Shown here: positions 26,369-39,727 of the stretch, piece after piece | Numbering within the stretch: position 1 is the stretch's first letter | Layout: each line of letters begins with the position of its first letter | From: Octopus vulgaris | Taxonomy: Eukaryota | Length of the DNA stretch: 64,000 nucleotides | Assembly (NCBI GenBank): GCA_951406725.2 | Contig: OX597819.1 | Coordinates: 23,932,001 to 23,996,000 of the forward strand | Direction of reading: 5' to 3' | Position numbers and translations under genes: made by a program | Notes under the pieces: generated by a model | Database searches by the model: none | What the model was told of the DNA's origin: nothing | What the model saw: the letters and a program-made list of their open reading frames with translations, nothing else

Positions 26369-27615
26369 CATGGTGCAGCGAATAAATTGTCGTCTAAATT
26401 ACACAAAAATGAAAATAACACTGACATCTCATTTTAACATATATTTACCAAACTTACATAAAAATATCTTGAAATACTAAAGAGTAAATTTATTTGGTAA
26501 AAATTGCCATTGGTTTCAACCACGGCCCCCGGACGACTTCGGATTCTCTTGTAGCTCTTCTGGACGGTTTCCTTGTTTAAGTTGATCAATGCTGCCATAA
26601 TCCTTGTCTTCAGTTCATGTTTGGTATTACAAGGAATTTTGTTGGTCTCTCGCTCAACTGCGTCCCACACATAATAATCAAAGGGGGTTGCAGTTTGGGG
26701 AGTTAGGTGGCCAGATGTTAGGGGTGATGTGATCGCAGAAATTGTCTGACAGCTATGACTGAGATCACCTGTTTGTGGCACATGGTGCAAAGTCGTATTG
26801 CCAAACATAGGGTCTTCCAGTTGTCACCCACTTGACCCAGGGCAGCACTACCTCCTCTAGGCGCTTGATGTAGACATCCGTGTTGAGTCTGAGGCCGTGT
26901 GGGAAAATGAATGGAGATATAACGTCGCCATCACTAGTGATTACTCCAAACATCATGATGTTGACTGGATGTTTGATTTTTATCACTCTCGGTAATGTTT
27001 TGGGGATACGAGAAGCCAGCGGTTGTTCTGTGTGTTCACCAACTGATCTTGGCAGAAATTTTTATCGTCTGGGAAAAAGCAAAGGATGTTCGGTTGGAGA
27101 TGATGATTGAGTTTGTTCAAAAGCTTCGTAGCGCGGTCTTTCCTCTTGACCCTGATGGCTTGGAATAACAATTGACCCTTTCTCATCTTGTATGATAAAT
27201 ACCGAATGTCTTCACGCACTACCTGCATGATAAGAAACTCAGACACTTCCATGTCCCTGGTGATGGACCTGACTGACTTGGAGAGATCGTTGTCAATCAT
27301 GGCCTGGATCTCACCAACAAATTCAGTTCTTCTTTTATCACAATGATCAGCGTGAGCTTTCCGATCTGCCGTACCTTCGTAATCACCACTGGACTCATGC
27401 AACTCTTTCCGAATCCTCTGCACTGTCTTCAGATTGACACTCAAACACCTCTGAAATGCTTGTATTGGAGCTTCTGACATGAATGCCAAGCAGTACAGCA
27501 TGTCGAATCGACATTTCTGGTAGAGTGAATTGGATCATGGTGCTGTTTTTCTCACAGACGGTGCCCAACTGACTTTACTAAAAATACGAAATGGCAACAA
27601 TTTACCCATCGCAAC

Positions 27616-27618
<3 letters not shown>
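26369..27618 (-). mobile_element. Tc1/mariner superfamily (maT/DD37D-like) transposon, frameshifted transposase pseudogene
   Basis: ORFs 26983-27501, 26765-26986 and 26434-26808 contain HTH (TVQRIRK), FFPDDKNF, MMFGVITSDG, WQYDFAP and PFDYYVW. Imperfect TIRs, TA at the right end. Confidence 0.88.
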
Positions 27619-27685
<67 letters not shown>

Positions 27686-27850
27686 AAATTCAAAATGCGA
27701 TAAAATAAAATTAATTATTATCGCTGGTGTTTCTAGCACAGGCCATATATTATTCATATATAAGTACATTAAAGGCGAAGTATGTACTAGAAACACAGAA
27801 GCTTGATAAATTTAGTGAAATGGAGATAAAAACTTTTACTAACTCTGTTC

Positions 27851-27928
27851 ATCTTAGACTGCAGTTTCGCCGTTTTCAGCAATAAAAATAATAATTTTTA
27901 TTTACTCAGGTAGGCTCTTCAGTAAGAT
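27851..27928 (-). ncRNA. Canonical type I hammerhead ribozyme
   Basis: ATCTTA-CTGAAGA-GCC...GGC-GAAA-CTGCAG-TC-TAAGAT. 6-bp stem I, G10.1-C11.1 pair, palindromic stem III, GUC site. Confidence 0.88.
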
Positions 27929-28207
27929 TCCTGTTATTATGAAGCGCAACTCGATAGACACATGTGTGTCTACTAATTTGCTCATTCTAACTAATCAGAT
28001 CACTGCGCAGACGCAGAACGAACCCGACAAACTAGGGATTTCTGGTATATAGTCTAACGCTAAAAATTTATCGAGAAATATGTAAACAATATATATACAA
28101 TATATATATATATATACCGGAGTAAACACATAAATGTGAAACAAGGTGGAAAAAAAGAGTACTCAAATACATGTGGTAGAGTAATATGCTTTATTTAAAG
28201 CATCAGA

Positions 28208-28300
28208 AAATTCAACAAAACCTGTTACTCTGAGTTTCGCGTTGCCGTTCATCGGATTAACGGCAACGCGAAACTCAGAGTAACAGGTTTTGTTGAATTT
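28208..28300. repeat. Perfect 42-bp-arm hairpin built from a hammerhead-bearing Penelope-like end
   Basis: 28208-28249 is the exact reverse complement of 28259-28300. Minus strand reads CCGATGA-ACG-GCAA-CGC-GAAA-CTCAGAG-TA-ACAG. Confidence 0.85.
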
Positions 28301-28486
28301 GAACTTAGAATGTTTGCACGGAAGAAATTCTGCTAATAATGGTTTCAAATTTTGGTACGGAACCAGCAGTTTCTGAGGGGAGGTGAAGTCGACTACAATG
28401 ACTCCTTCCCCAGTACTTGAGTTCAGGATGCAAGGGTACTCCTCTAACTTTCATGAGAAATACACCAAAGCACCAAAGCAGTTACT

Positions 28487-28747
28487 CTCTCTTTACTCTT
28501 TTACTTGTTTCAGTCATTTGACTGTGGCCATGCTGGAGCACAGCCTTTAGTCGATCGAGCAAATCGACCCTAGGACTTATTCTTTGTAAGCCTAGTACTT
28601 ATTCTATCTATCTCTTTTGCTGGACCCCTAAGTTACGGGGACGTAAACACACTACCATCGGTTGTCAAGCGATGTTGGGGGGACAAACACAGACACACAT
28701 ACATATATACATACATACATACATGTATGCATACAAACATACATACA

Positions 28748-28779
<32 letters not shown>

Positions 28780-28950
28780 CATATATACGACGGCTTCTTT
28801 CAGTTTCTGTCTGCCAAATCTTCTCACAAGACTTTGGTCGGCCCGAGGCTATAGTAGAAGATACCTTACCCAAGGTGTCACGCAGTGGGACTGAACTCGG
28901 AACCATGTGGTTCGTTAGCAAGCTACTTACCACACAGCCACTCCTACGCC
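28487..28950 (-). mobile_element. tRNA-derived SINE (family C)
   Basis: Matches the other family-C copies. Confidence 0.9.
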
Positions 28951-29263
28951 TTACATTATATCATAACTCTGATGTTTTCCAAAGTGGTAATCCAAGAAAA
29001 TGGTAAATAGCAGTCCAATCGGGTATATATTAACTCAAGCACACCCGTTCGTATCAGGATAGAAGATAATATATTAGATCATCTACAAAACACACACACA
29101 CAGATAGACAAATACCACGATATTTAGTTATCCTATGCTAAAAGAAATGTCTGATGTATCGGTGTAACGAACTTCATTGCAGAGGAAAATTTCAAGAGAA
29201 AATATGCATTTATTCACGCCCACACGATTATATTATATGCTTTAAATATATAAATATATAAAA

Positions 29264-29737
29264 GGGCGGCGAGCTGGCAGAAACGTTAGCGCGCCGGGCG
29301 AAATGCTTTGCGGTTTTTCGTCTGTCGTTACGTTCTGGGTTCAAATTCCGCCGAGGTCGACTTTACTACCTTTCATCCTTTCGGGGTCGATAAATAAAGT
29401 ACCAGTTTCGCACTGGGGTCGATGTAATCGACTTACTCCCTTTGTCTGTCCTTGTTTGTCCCCTCTATGTTTAGCTCCTTGTGGGTAGTAATATAAATAT
29501 ATAAAAGGGCGGCGAGCTGGCAGAAACGTTAGCGCGCCGGGCGAAATACTTTGCGTCTTTTCGTCTGTCGTTACGTTCTGGGTTCAAATTCCGCCGAGGT
29601 CAACTTTACCTTTCATCCTTTCGGGGTCGATAAATAAAGTACCAGTTTTGCACTGGGGTCGATGTAATCGACTTACTCCCTTTGTCTGTCCTTGTTTGTC
29701 CCCTCTATGTTTAGCCCCTTGTGGGTAGTAAAGAAAT
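29264..29737 (+). mobile_element. Tandem dimer of Meta-type SINE
   Basis: Two ~243-bp near-identical units, each preceded by ATATAAATATATAAAAG. Confidence 0.9.
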
Positions 29738-30297
29738 ATATATAAATATATCGGTGTAATATATTGATTTCAAACTTTGATACAAGATAAGCAATTTCGA
29801 AGGAGGAGTTGAGTGGATTACATCAATCCCAGTGCATTACTGGTATTTATTTTATTGACCCCGAAAGGACGAAAGGCTGAAGCTACCTCGGCGGAACATA
29901 AAACCTGAAGCAATTCCGTTCAGCATGTCAAACTGTAATTAGTTCACTTGTTTGACCAAAGATAATTTACTCACTGACATATATTTGTGACAACGGATAT
30001 ATTGGTAGTGGGGATGGTTGTGGAAGTGATGGCAGTGGTGGTGATGGCAGTGGTGGTGGTGATGGCGGTGCTAGTGTTGGAGGTGGTGACATTGACGGTG
30101 GAGTGGTTGAAAGAATGTGAAAGAATCCTCTATGTTTTAACAATACGTGGAAGATATCATCTGATATCATCCAGATGTTGTTGAAGAAGTCGCCGACTTG
30201 TAGCGAGGTGACAAGGTTCGTTTCCAGATATTTCAAGTATCATGCCTTACAACGTCATCCGTTTCTATCTTCTTGCTCCACCTCTCTCTCTCTCTCA

Positions 30298-30330
<33 letters not shown>

Positions 30331-30491
30331 CCTCTCTCTCTTTCTGCCTCTCTTCCGCTCGATTTCTGTCCAGTATATCGAAATCTTATATCTGTCTCTA
30401 CAGCTGTTTGCACATCTCTTTTGTCTCTCAATAAATAATCTTATATTCTTATCGCTTCTTGTCTTGGCCACGTCATTCAAGATATTCTTAT

Positions 30492-30544
<53 letters not shown>

Positions 30545-30639
30545 CGTGTGTGTGTGTGTACGTCTATTCGCGTAGCTGAGTGTAAAAAGACATACTCGAT
30601 GTACCTAACTATTTATCTTTATCTATCTCTCGCTCTCTA

Positions 30640-31464
30640 TAAGTATTCAATACACATACACACGCAAACACACACTCATACACACACATGTACATACATA
30701 CACGTGTACATACACACACATGTACATACACACACATGTACATTCACACACGTGTACATACACACACATGTACATACACACACATGTACATACACACACA
30801 TGTACATACACATACATGTGCATACACACATATACACATACACACACACACACACTTACACACAAGCATATGAGACAAACGATATCTTGAATCGCCTGCA
30901 TATACAAACAGGTGGCATACCTATACGCACATAAGATGCATGTAGATACGCATATACCGATAAATGTATACAGACACACACCTCCATACATACATGCATG
31001 CATACATAGAAACACAAACATACATACATACATACAAACACATACATATATGCAAACACATACGTACAAATACATACAAACATACATGCATGCATGCATG
31101 CATGCATACATAGATACAACCAAATACATACATACATACATAAATCCAAACACAAACATACATATATACATACATACAAATACATACAAACATACATGCA
31201 TGCATAAATGCATACATACATACATACATACATACATACATACAAACACATACATACATACATACATACAAACACATACGTACATCCATACATACATACA
31301 TACATACATACAAATACATACGTACATACATACATACATCCAAACATATTCATACATACATACATACATACATACATACATACAAACACATACGTACATA
31401 CATACATACATACATACATACATACAAACACATATGTACATACATACATACATACATACATACA

Positions 31465-31495
<31 letters not shown>

Positions 31496-31590
31496 TCTCA
31501 GATACACACACATATATATACATACATTCATATACATGCACACACACAAAAACACACACACACTTACACACACAAACACACACAACTATT
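30640..31590. repeat. Long degenerate (CATA)n/(CA)n array
   Basis: Directly visible. Source of the spurious 200-300 aa ORFs. Confidence 0.95.
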
Positions 31591-32299
31591 AAACATACAT
31601 GCTATATGTGTACGTGTGCGAGTTTACGTGTGTATGTGTGAATGTACTAAATATTTTTTGACTGCTCACTGTACATAATATTTTAGTTCGGCACAACACT
31701 TTCACCTCATCTCCACCCCCCACATACATCACTATGTTTGGATGGGTGGAGTGCAGGAAAGTGGAGAAACGGAGTAAATTTGGCAGTTTCCTGTTTATTG
31801 TAAATATTATGTAATCTTTTGGTTTTTATTATTCAAACGACAACCAACTGCAATCAAAAGCAACCGAAGAAAATTCTTCAGATGTTATGCCGTCTCTCAT
31901 CGCAGAAACATGCAACATAATAGTGCTACATAACCTTTGTAATGTTTCCATGCATTTTATGATCATATTGGGGTTTGTAAGGTTACATTTGGGAAAGATA
32001 ACGATATGAGTGTCAAGAGAACGTAACAGTATTGTGTTTAACCAGAACTGAGTGTGTATATACATAATATATACACATACATATATACATATATGTCTGT
32101 CTATCTGTCTATCTATCTATATCCATCTATTTATATATATATATGTGTATGTATATATATGTATGCATATAGATATATGTATATATATATGTGTGTGTGT
32201 GTGTATATATGTATATATATAATATGCTTACATACATACAGCCACACATAAATATATATGTATATGCATATATATTTATGTATGTATATATATGTATAT

Positions 32300-32365
<66 letters not shown>

Positions 32366-32369
<4 letters not shown>

Positions 32370-32902
32370 AAATGGAAAGATGAATTTTCTTGTTACAGAT
32401 TATTCAAAAGTTTAACCGATACCTGGGTAGCAAAAATCACAGCAGAAAAAAACACGGTTGGAGATAAGACCATATGGTGTTGCAACCGTGCGTTGTGCGG
32501 ATAATTGAAGTTTAATATAATTAGTGAATGGAAGAAATGGAGTTGAACGAAGATTGTACAGAATTCCTTAGTACATTCTACACATATTTCAAAGGCCACA
32601 ATTTTCCAAATTTTGATTAAATAAGGATACCATATTGCAGCTTTCTCTTCAGGAAAAACCAGGAATTACGTTGTCAGAACAAAACAAAACAGAGGCGCAG
32701 CAAAGCAATTCGAACGAGGACGCTCCTTAAGAGCCCATGGATAAACTGTTTATCAATGTACGTTGAAATCGGGGAAGAGAAAGCTGCAATATGGTATCCT
32801 TATTTAATCAGAATTTGGAAAATTGTGGCCTTTGAAACATGTGTAGAATGTAATAAAAGGAATTCTGTACAATCTTCGTTCAACTCCATTTCTTCCATTC
32901 AC

Positions 32903-32911
<9 letters not shown>
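32366..32911 (-). mobile_element. Penelope-like fragment with ~135-bp inverted repeats
   Basis: ~32515-32650 is the inverted complement of 32774-32911. (TA)n on both sides. Confidence 0.75.
32576..32655 (-). ncRNA. Type I hammerhead motif, extended stem II
   Basis: TTC-CTGAAGA-GAAAGCTGCAAT...ATTGTGGCCTTT-GAAA-TATGTG-TA-GAA. The inverted copy has CATGTG in stem III. Confidence 0.72.
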
Positions 32912-32943
<32 letters not shown>

Positions 32944-32985
32944 TATGTATCTCCAAATTGCGGGAGTGGAATACGTAAAATGTAC

Positions 32986-33036
32986 GCGACATATGTTTCT
33001 TAGCAGCAATGACCTCTACTCAACTAATCATCAGGC
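32986..33036 (-). ncRNA. Type I hammerhead motif
   Basis: GC-CTGATGA-TTAGT...GCTAA-GAAA-CATATG-TC-GC. Palindromic stem III, but stem I is only 2 bp. Confidence 0.6.
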
Positions 33037-33115
33037 TGAGATTACCTTGATGAAAATTACATTGCCGCACGAAACTTCTAAGTTAGTCCAACACAGTGGT
33101 AAGTTCAATTGAGTG

Positions 33116-33187
<72 letters not shown>

Positions 33188-33247
33188 ATCCACACATGAA
33201 CAAAGAGAAATCACAACAACGCGAGGATGTGGAACAAGTATAGTGTT

Positions 33248-33318
33248 ATTAGACGCTCAGGAAAGGAAAGGAAGAAGGCGAATTTAACGTTTCGAGCGGA
33301 GCTCTTCGTCAGAAATAT
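33248..33318 (-). ncRNA. Hammerhead-like motif with long stem III loop
   Basis: CTGACGA-A-GAGC(tcc)GCTC-GAAA-CGTT...AGCG-TC. Weak stem I. Related layout at 55075-55130. Confidence 0.55.
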
Positions 33319-33557
33319 AGAAAAAAAGGAAAAGTCCAAGGAAGGGAAGACGGAGAAAGAAAATTGCCAACGATACACTCGCGGTCATATTTAGAGAATG
33401 TTAGTTTAGTTATGATGAGATGTGTGTAAAGGTAATCGATTTATGGACATGAAACCCTGGGTAGCCCTGTGGAGGCAGCCATAACTAATATTCTCTAAAT
33501 ACTCTACTGCTCTATAACTTCTCTTTTGGATTTATGATTTACTAACAATATATATGT

Positions 33558-33614
<57 letters not shown>

Positions 33615-33637
33615 TGTATGTGCATAGCAAAACAGGA

Positions 33638-33993
33638 AATTGGAAAAGTTTTCGCTATATTTATTTATCATTACACATGTTTCATTTGGTAATATGAATT
33701 ATAAATTTTTACATGTTAGCTAAACATGTAAGAAATTTCCTATTAGAAATTCTTCAGACAGAGGAACAAATGATAGCATTTCTCTACGCGCAAGGTCCGA
33801 AATTTTGTGGGAGGGATCTAGTGGATTACATCGACTCCAGCGCCCAATAAAAGTACTATTTGCTTCTCTGTCTGAAGAATTTTTCATTGGAAACTTCTTA
33901 CAGGATTATCAAACATGTAAAAATACGTAGTTCCTGTTAGCAAATGAATCATGCGTAATGGTAAATAAATAATACCAAAACAATTTTCCATTT
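33638..33993. mobile_element. Old inverted repeat with decayed hammerheads, flanking a SINE fragment
   Basis: 33638-33775 vs 33855-33993 are diverged inverted copies. Minus 33760-33669 reads CTGAAGA-ATTT...AAAT-GAAA-CATGTG-TA. Confidence 0.6.
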
Positions 33994-34061
33994 ACTTTCC
34001 ATCCTTTCACGACCGAATTGGTTTCAAGTCTTACAAACGTTTGCTTCTACGTCAATAATAT

Positions 34062-34283
34062 CTATTTCTTTACTGCCCACAAGAGGCTAAACATAGAGCG
34101 GACAAACAAGGACAAACGGATAAAGTCGATTACATCGATCCCAGTGCGAAACTGGTACTTAATTTATCGACCCCGAAAGGATAAAAGGTAAAGTCGACCT
34201 CGGCGGAATTTGAACTCAGACCGTAACGACAGACGAAATACGGCTACGCATTTCGCCCGGCGTGCTAACGTTTCTGCCAGCTC
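34062..34283 (-). mobile_element. Meta-type SINE
   Basis: Reverse complement of the 909-1143 family. Confidence 0.9.
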
Positions 34284-34710
34284 TGCACCCAAGTGTTACT
34301 CATGTATAAACCAAACGCTTCACGCCAGATTTACAAGGTTTCAAGAAGGAAGGCCTAGAAAGACGGTATTGCTTTAAGTCCGATGGTCTATCTGTTCGAA
34401 ACCAAGTGCTCCTTCTTGATAACTCCTTTGATACTCTTAGCGTCAGAATAACAGCGCAGTTGTTTACCATTTGTGATACAAAATAAATAGAAATAAATAT
34501 TTGTTACAAAGTGTGTTATTAGAAAAAAACCCGCAAAAACTATGTGAATAGGTTATTAATATGCAGAGGAAAAATTGTGGAAGACATAACCGAACTTTGG
34601 GGTACAATAGAGCCGATACAACTGAGATAGGAGAGAGAGGAGGGGGAGAGAAAGGTAGATAGATAGAGAGAGAGAGAGGAGGGGAGAGAAAGAGAAAGAT
34701 AGATAGATAG

Positions 34711-34744
<34 letters not shown>

Positions 34745-35026
34745 TGAGGTCGTCTGTGCACAATGCAACAGTGATTGCATAAAAATTAATTTCTTATGAG
34801 TCTGTAATAGAATCAGATATTTATTTCCAATATACACTACCAATCATACGCTTTCTACCTAAATCTTGCAAATGTAATCCTTTCTACCACACACACAATA
34901 CTTAAAATTTTGTTAGGGAAGCGGGGTCTAGTCGATTACATCGACCCCAGTGCTCTACTGGTACTCATTTCATTGACCCCGAAAAGATGAAAAGCAAAGT
35001 CGAATTTAAATCTTACCAATATAATA

Positions 35027-35591
35027 TTGGGTTATCCGGAAAGTTCGTGCCAATTTTTAAAGGAAAGAAAAAGGTCAATAAATACTTGCCCTTACATTTT
35101 AATCAACCAAATATGAACCATTTTATTGCACAATGCGTCTCCATCTTTCCCTTAACTTGAAAATACCCTCTTCCCTGAATTCAGGTGGTTTCATGGCAAA
35201 GAATTCATCAAGGTATCTTTTTACATCATCCAGGGAATCGAAATTTTTTCCAATAAGACTATTCTGCAGAGACATGAATAAGTGGATATCCGAAGGAGCA
35301 ATATCTGGTGAATATGGAGGTTGGGGTAACACATCCCAGCCGAGCTGCAACAATTGTTGTCTGGTTCCCAAAGCATCACGCGCCGAAAATGAACATTCTT
35401 ATCTTCCATTTTAAAAGGTTACAGAATTAATACGGGTTATAGGAACATAAACCTTCTTCCACGAAAAGATAGCTTAAACTGTGCTCTAAATGGAGGTGTA
35501 GTGAAATCCTATTTTATGGATTCAACCATGTTCTAAAACAAGTCGAAAGGTAAGCCACTATAAATCGGCACGAACTTTCCGGACAACCCAA
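35027..35591 (-). mobile_element. Non-autonomous mariner deletion derivative
   Basis: TIRs TTGGGTT(A/G)TCCGGAAAGTTCGTGCC, TA TSD. MEDKNVHFR start is fused to GWDVLPQPPYSPDIAPSD.HLF. Confidence 0.92.
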
Positions 35592-35785
35592 TAACATGAA
35601 TTTTTATGAATTCAGTAGAAGTATCTGACGTTGGACTAGTATACTACCAGTAAATACCTTTGAAGATATTCTTTTTTCTTTGCTAAAACCATTCCAGGCT
35701 TTTATAAACATCGTTCCACATCATTAAAACATTTGGAACTTATTGTTTAGCGTGAGTTTCAAGTCTGTTTAATGTTCCGTGCAAC

Positions 35786-36652
35786 CAGGGCCGGATTAAG
35801 ACCAACAGAGGCCCTAAGCACTTTATAGATTTTGGTGCCCCCATATATACTCTTTTTTTTACTCTCTTTTTTACTATTTTTTTTGTTTCAGTCATTTGAC
35901 TGCGGCCATGCTGGAGCACCGCCTTTAATCGAGCAACTCGACCCCGGAACTTATTCTTTTGTAAGCCCAGTACTTATTCTATTGGTCTCTTTTGCCGAAC
36001 CGCTAAGTGACGGGGACATAAACACACCAGCATCGGTTGTCAAGCAATGCTATGGGGACAAACACAGACACACAAACACACACATGCATACATATATATA
36101 TATATATACATTTATACGACGGGCTTCTTTCAGTTTCCGTCTACCAAATCCACTCACAAGGCTTTGGTCGGCCCGAGGATATAGTAGAAGACACTTGCCC
36201 ATGGTGCTACGCAGTGGGACTGAACCCGGAACCATGTGGCTGGTAGACAGGCTACTTACCACACAGCCACTCCTGCGCCTATATATATATGTAATTCATA
36301 ACATAAACAACAATAAACCATAAAATAAATTTTTATTTTACGAAATGAAACAAAAGTAACAGTAAGATGGAAAATAACATTTAAATTTGCATACTTTTAC
36401 TTTATTTACATTTGAAAAGTTTTCACCTACGCTTTCTTTTTAAATTGCAAACTTTTCGATCAGATCCTCACTGTGATACCATGAACACTTCAAAATTACA
36501 TTTCCGATCATATAAACCACTTCGAATATTATTTTAGTAAGTTTAAAGTGATTTATTTTGTGCCGTAAACCGTTTATCATTTCCGTGGTGCCTCCTCCCT
36601 TTGATGCCTTAAAAGCACGCGCTTATTTTGCATAATGGTTAATCCAGCTCTG
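35786..36652. mobile_element. MITE-like DNA element with CAGGGCCGGATTAA TIRs
   Basis: CAGGGCCGGATTAA ... TTAATCCAGCTCTG. TSD degraded. Confidence 0.55.
35850..36280 (-). mobile_element. tRNA-derived SINE (family C) nested in the MITE
   Basis: Matches the other family-C copies. Confidence 0.9.
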
Positions 36653-37651
36653 ATTACAACTCATGTGAATTTCTACTGCACACCGCTAAACCATCACAGG
36701 TTGTGAGCCATGTTTCCCATCGCACATCATCCAACATATCTCGTTAAGTATTAATATATCCACCATAACCGACTAAGTTTAACCATGGAAGTAAAAAGTT
36801 GTCTTGATTTCATGACGATCTCAACAATCTCAAAGAGGCATCAAGTCCCTCTATCTCTTATCCATTATGTCTCTCTTTTTATGTTTTTTTTTTCTGGTTT
36901 AAATCGGCCATATCAGGCCCAAATTTTCTACCTGTTTTATATTCAAACCGACGAGATCCTTGTCTCACACTCCTATTCTATAATGTCTTTCTAAAAATCA
37001 ACAATTACATCATCGAAATCTCGAAGCTACGAGATAACGCATAATTTATTTAAAACAATGTGAATAAATAAGCATCACATTTGACAAAGTAATCTGAATA
37101 TTAAAGAGATAACCTACTTCAGAGTAGGAATAGCTCTTTGAAGATTCATACTGGATAATCACTACTGGAAAATACCTCTAGCTTTCTTTACTCGATATTT
37201 TTGGAAAATTTGTTAGCTTAAACAAATTGGTTAGGCAGCTTGTCAGTTTATCTCCTCACTCTTTTCTTTCTCTTTCTCCCTGTTTTTCACCTCATCAGGC
37301 TCTCCTGTAAATTCTCTTTCCCCTCGGTAGATTGTATTACATTATAAAGCTGATATCCGATCTAGAGAGCGAAAGCTGTATCACGCGGCTAATAGAAATA
37401 TTCATTGCTGCAGTAATTCTAGTAATACCTACAAACAATCCAGTGACTGGGTAGGTAGACTTGACGTAACAGCAGTCGATGTAACAGATATCCTTAACAA
37501 CATTTCATCTTTTATTTCTCGCCACCCCAAATCTCAAAAGACCCAAAAGAACGTCGCTTAAAGCATTTTATATTGCAGACAAATTTATCACGTGTTTAAA
37601 AACAACGTTTGATTATTTACACATATATCTGTATACAATTATTTATTTATG

Positions 37652-37761
<110 letters not shown>

Positions 37762-37785
37762 CATAATATATATATATATATATAT

Positions 37786-37820
<35 letters not shown>

Positions 37821-38255
37821 CATACATACATATATATATATATATACATACATACATATATATATATACATACATACATATATATATATATACGTATGTA
37901 TGTATATATATATATATGTATGTATGTATATATATATATATATATATAGGGATTTGGAAATTCAATTATTTATGTAAATGTGTTTATGTATATATATATG
38001 CACGCATAATATTCATACGCATATGTGTAAAAGCATTCGTTCATTTATTTATATGTATTTATAATTGTGTGATCTGTTTATATGTACACATGTTTATAAA
38101 TAAGTAAACAGATCATTAAATATATGTAGGTATTTTTTCTGTGTAATATTTATTCGTGGTAAGTGTATGTTCATCTATTTATTTTTCACGTTATTGTGTG
38201 TAATATTTATATAATTCTGTGCATGCGTGTGTTTATATCATTTATATTTTTTACT

Positions 38256-38565
38256 GTGGAGGCGCAATGGCCCAATGGTTAGGGCAGCGGACTCGCGGTC
38301 GTAGGATCGCAGTTTTGATTCCCAGACCGGGTGTTGTGAGTGTTTATTGAGTGAAAACACTTAAAGCTCCACGACGCTCCGGCAGGGGGGGGGGGGCTGG
38401 CGTACCCTACCCTGCTGTACTCTTTCGCCGAAACGTTCTCTCACTGTTTCTTCTGTTGGCCTGCTCGCTTAGCCAGCGGGGTGACGTCATTTGAAGGCTA
38501 AAACAATGTGACCAGCGATGTGTAGCAACATCTGATAGCTTCGTCGGTCACGTGATCACATGGTA
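38256..38565 (+). mobile_element. SINE family B with a third tail type
   Basis: Family-B head. Tail GGCCTGCTCGCTTAGCCAGCGGGG...CGGTCACGTGATCAC also occurs alone at 12860-12955. Confidence 0.85.
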
Positions 38566-39224
38566 CTATTTACTTACATCAGAAGTATTAGAAGCGTTGT
38601 CTATTATATTCCTTTACAATTTGAGCTCAAATCTCGTTGAAATCAGCTTTACATTTAATAACACCAGAGGTAAAGGGGAGAAGTAAAGTATGCACTACGT
38701 GTGTTCAAGAGTCAAAGAAATCGATCTTAGCTAGAGATTTGTAGTCTTGCGTGTTTATGCGCCAATACCTCTGACTGTCATCTAGTATTTATTTTCGCGA
38801 TATATTATGAAAAACATTATGCAACAATGAGTGTTTGATTTCCTCAGCCTTATATTTAGCTGCGCCCTTCTTGAGAACACAGTAAAGACTCTTACCAATT
38901 GCAGCTTGTTTTCCTAACTTTGAAGACGTGAAACTCTACTGTTTGCTTTAAATTCTCCCCCGTGAACTTTTCCTTGCATAACACTGTCTAAAACGATGGA
39001 TTTTTCACTGTACAAGATGGTTTAATTCGTTTTTGCTTGTAGAATTGCTAAACCAGTATTGGTCTGAGGATTAAACAACAACGATAATGAAATTACGCAC
39101 ACGTACACGCATATATACAGACACACATACATACAATTCCAATATACCATAGCGGTACCAATAACCAGCTGTTAGAACTTAATAAACATATATTCAATAC
39201 TTGTCAATAGTAGTAAGTTCCTAA

Positions 39225-39560
39225 GGCAGTGAACAGGTAGAATCGTTAACACGCCGACAAGTTGTTTACCAGCATTTTGTTCATTTTTACAGACTGAGTT
39301 CAAATTCCGTCGACTTTACCTTTCATTATTTCGAAGTCGATAACGCGGCAAGCTGGCCGAATCGTTAGCACGCCGGACGAAATGCTTAGCGGTATTTCAC
39401 CCGTCGCTCCGTTCTGAGTTCAAATTCCGTCGAGGTCGACTTTGCCTTTCATCCTTTCGAAGTCGATAAATTAAGTACCAGTGAAACACTGGGGTCGATA
39501 TAATCGAATAGTCCCTTCTCCGAAATTTCAGGCCTTGTGCTTATAGTAAAAAAAAAAGGA
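39225..39560 (+). mobile_element. Two adjacent Meta-type SINEs
   Basis: A decayed copy (39225-39342) is followed by a better-preserved copy (39345-39560). Confidence 0.8.
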
Positions 39561-39727
39561 TTATTTCGGAGTCGATCAAAAAGAGAGCCAGTTAAACAGT
39601 AGTGGGGTGGAGCAATGTAATCGACTGCCAATCTCCCGCAAAATTTCAGGTATATTAGCAAGCTCCTGAGATGATGGCTCGGGCCTCTTACATGAACCAG
39701 AAGTAGAGTACAGAACGTAATAATAAT

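Noticed and set aside
30242-31678. Multiple 140-312 aa ORFs (MYVC/HTYI repeats)
   Set aside because: Microsatellite translations. The same applies to the many YIYI, CVCV and LSIY ORFs elsewhere.
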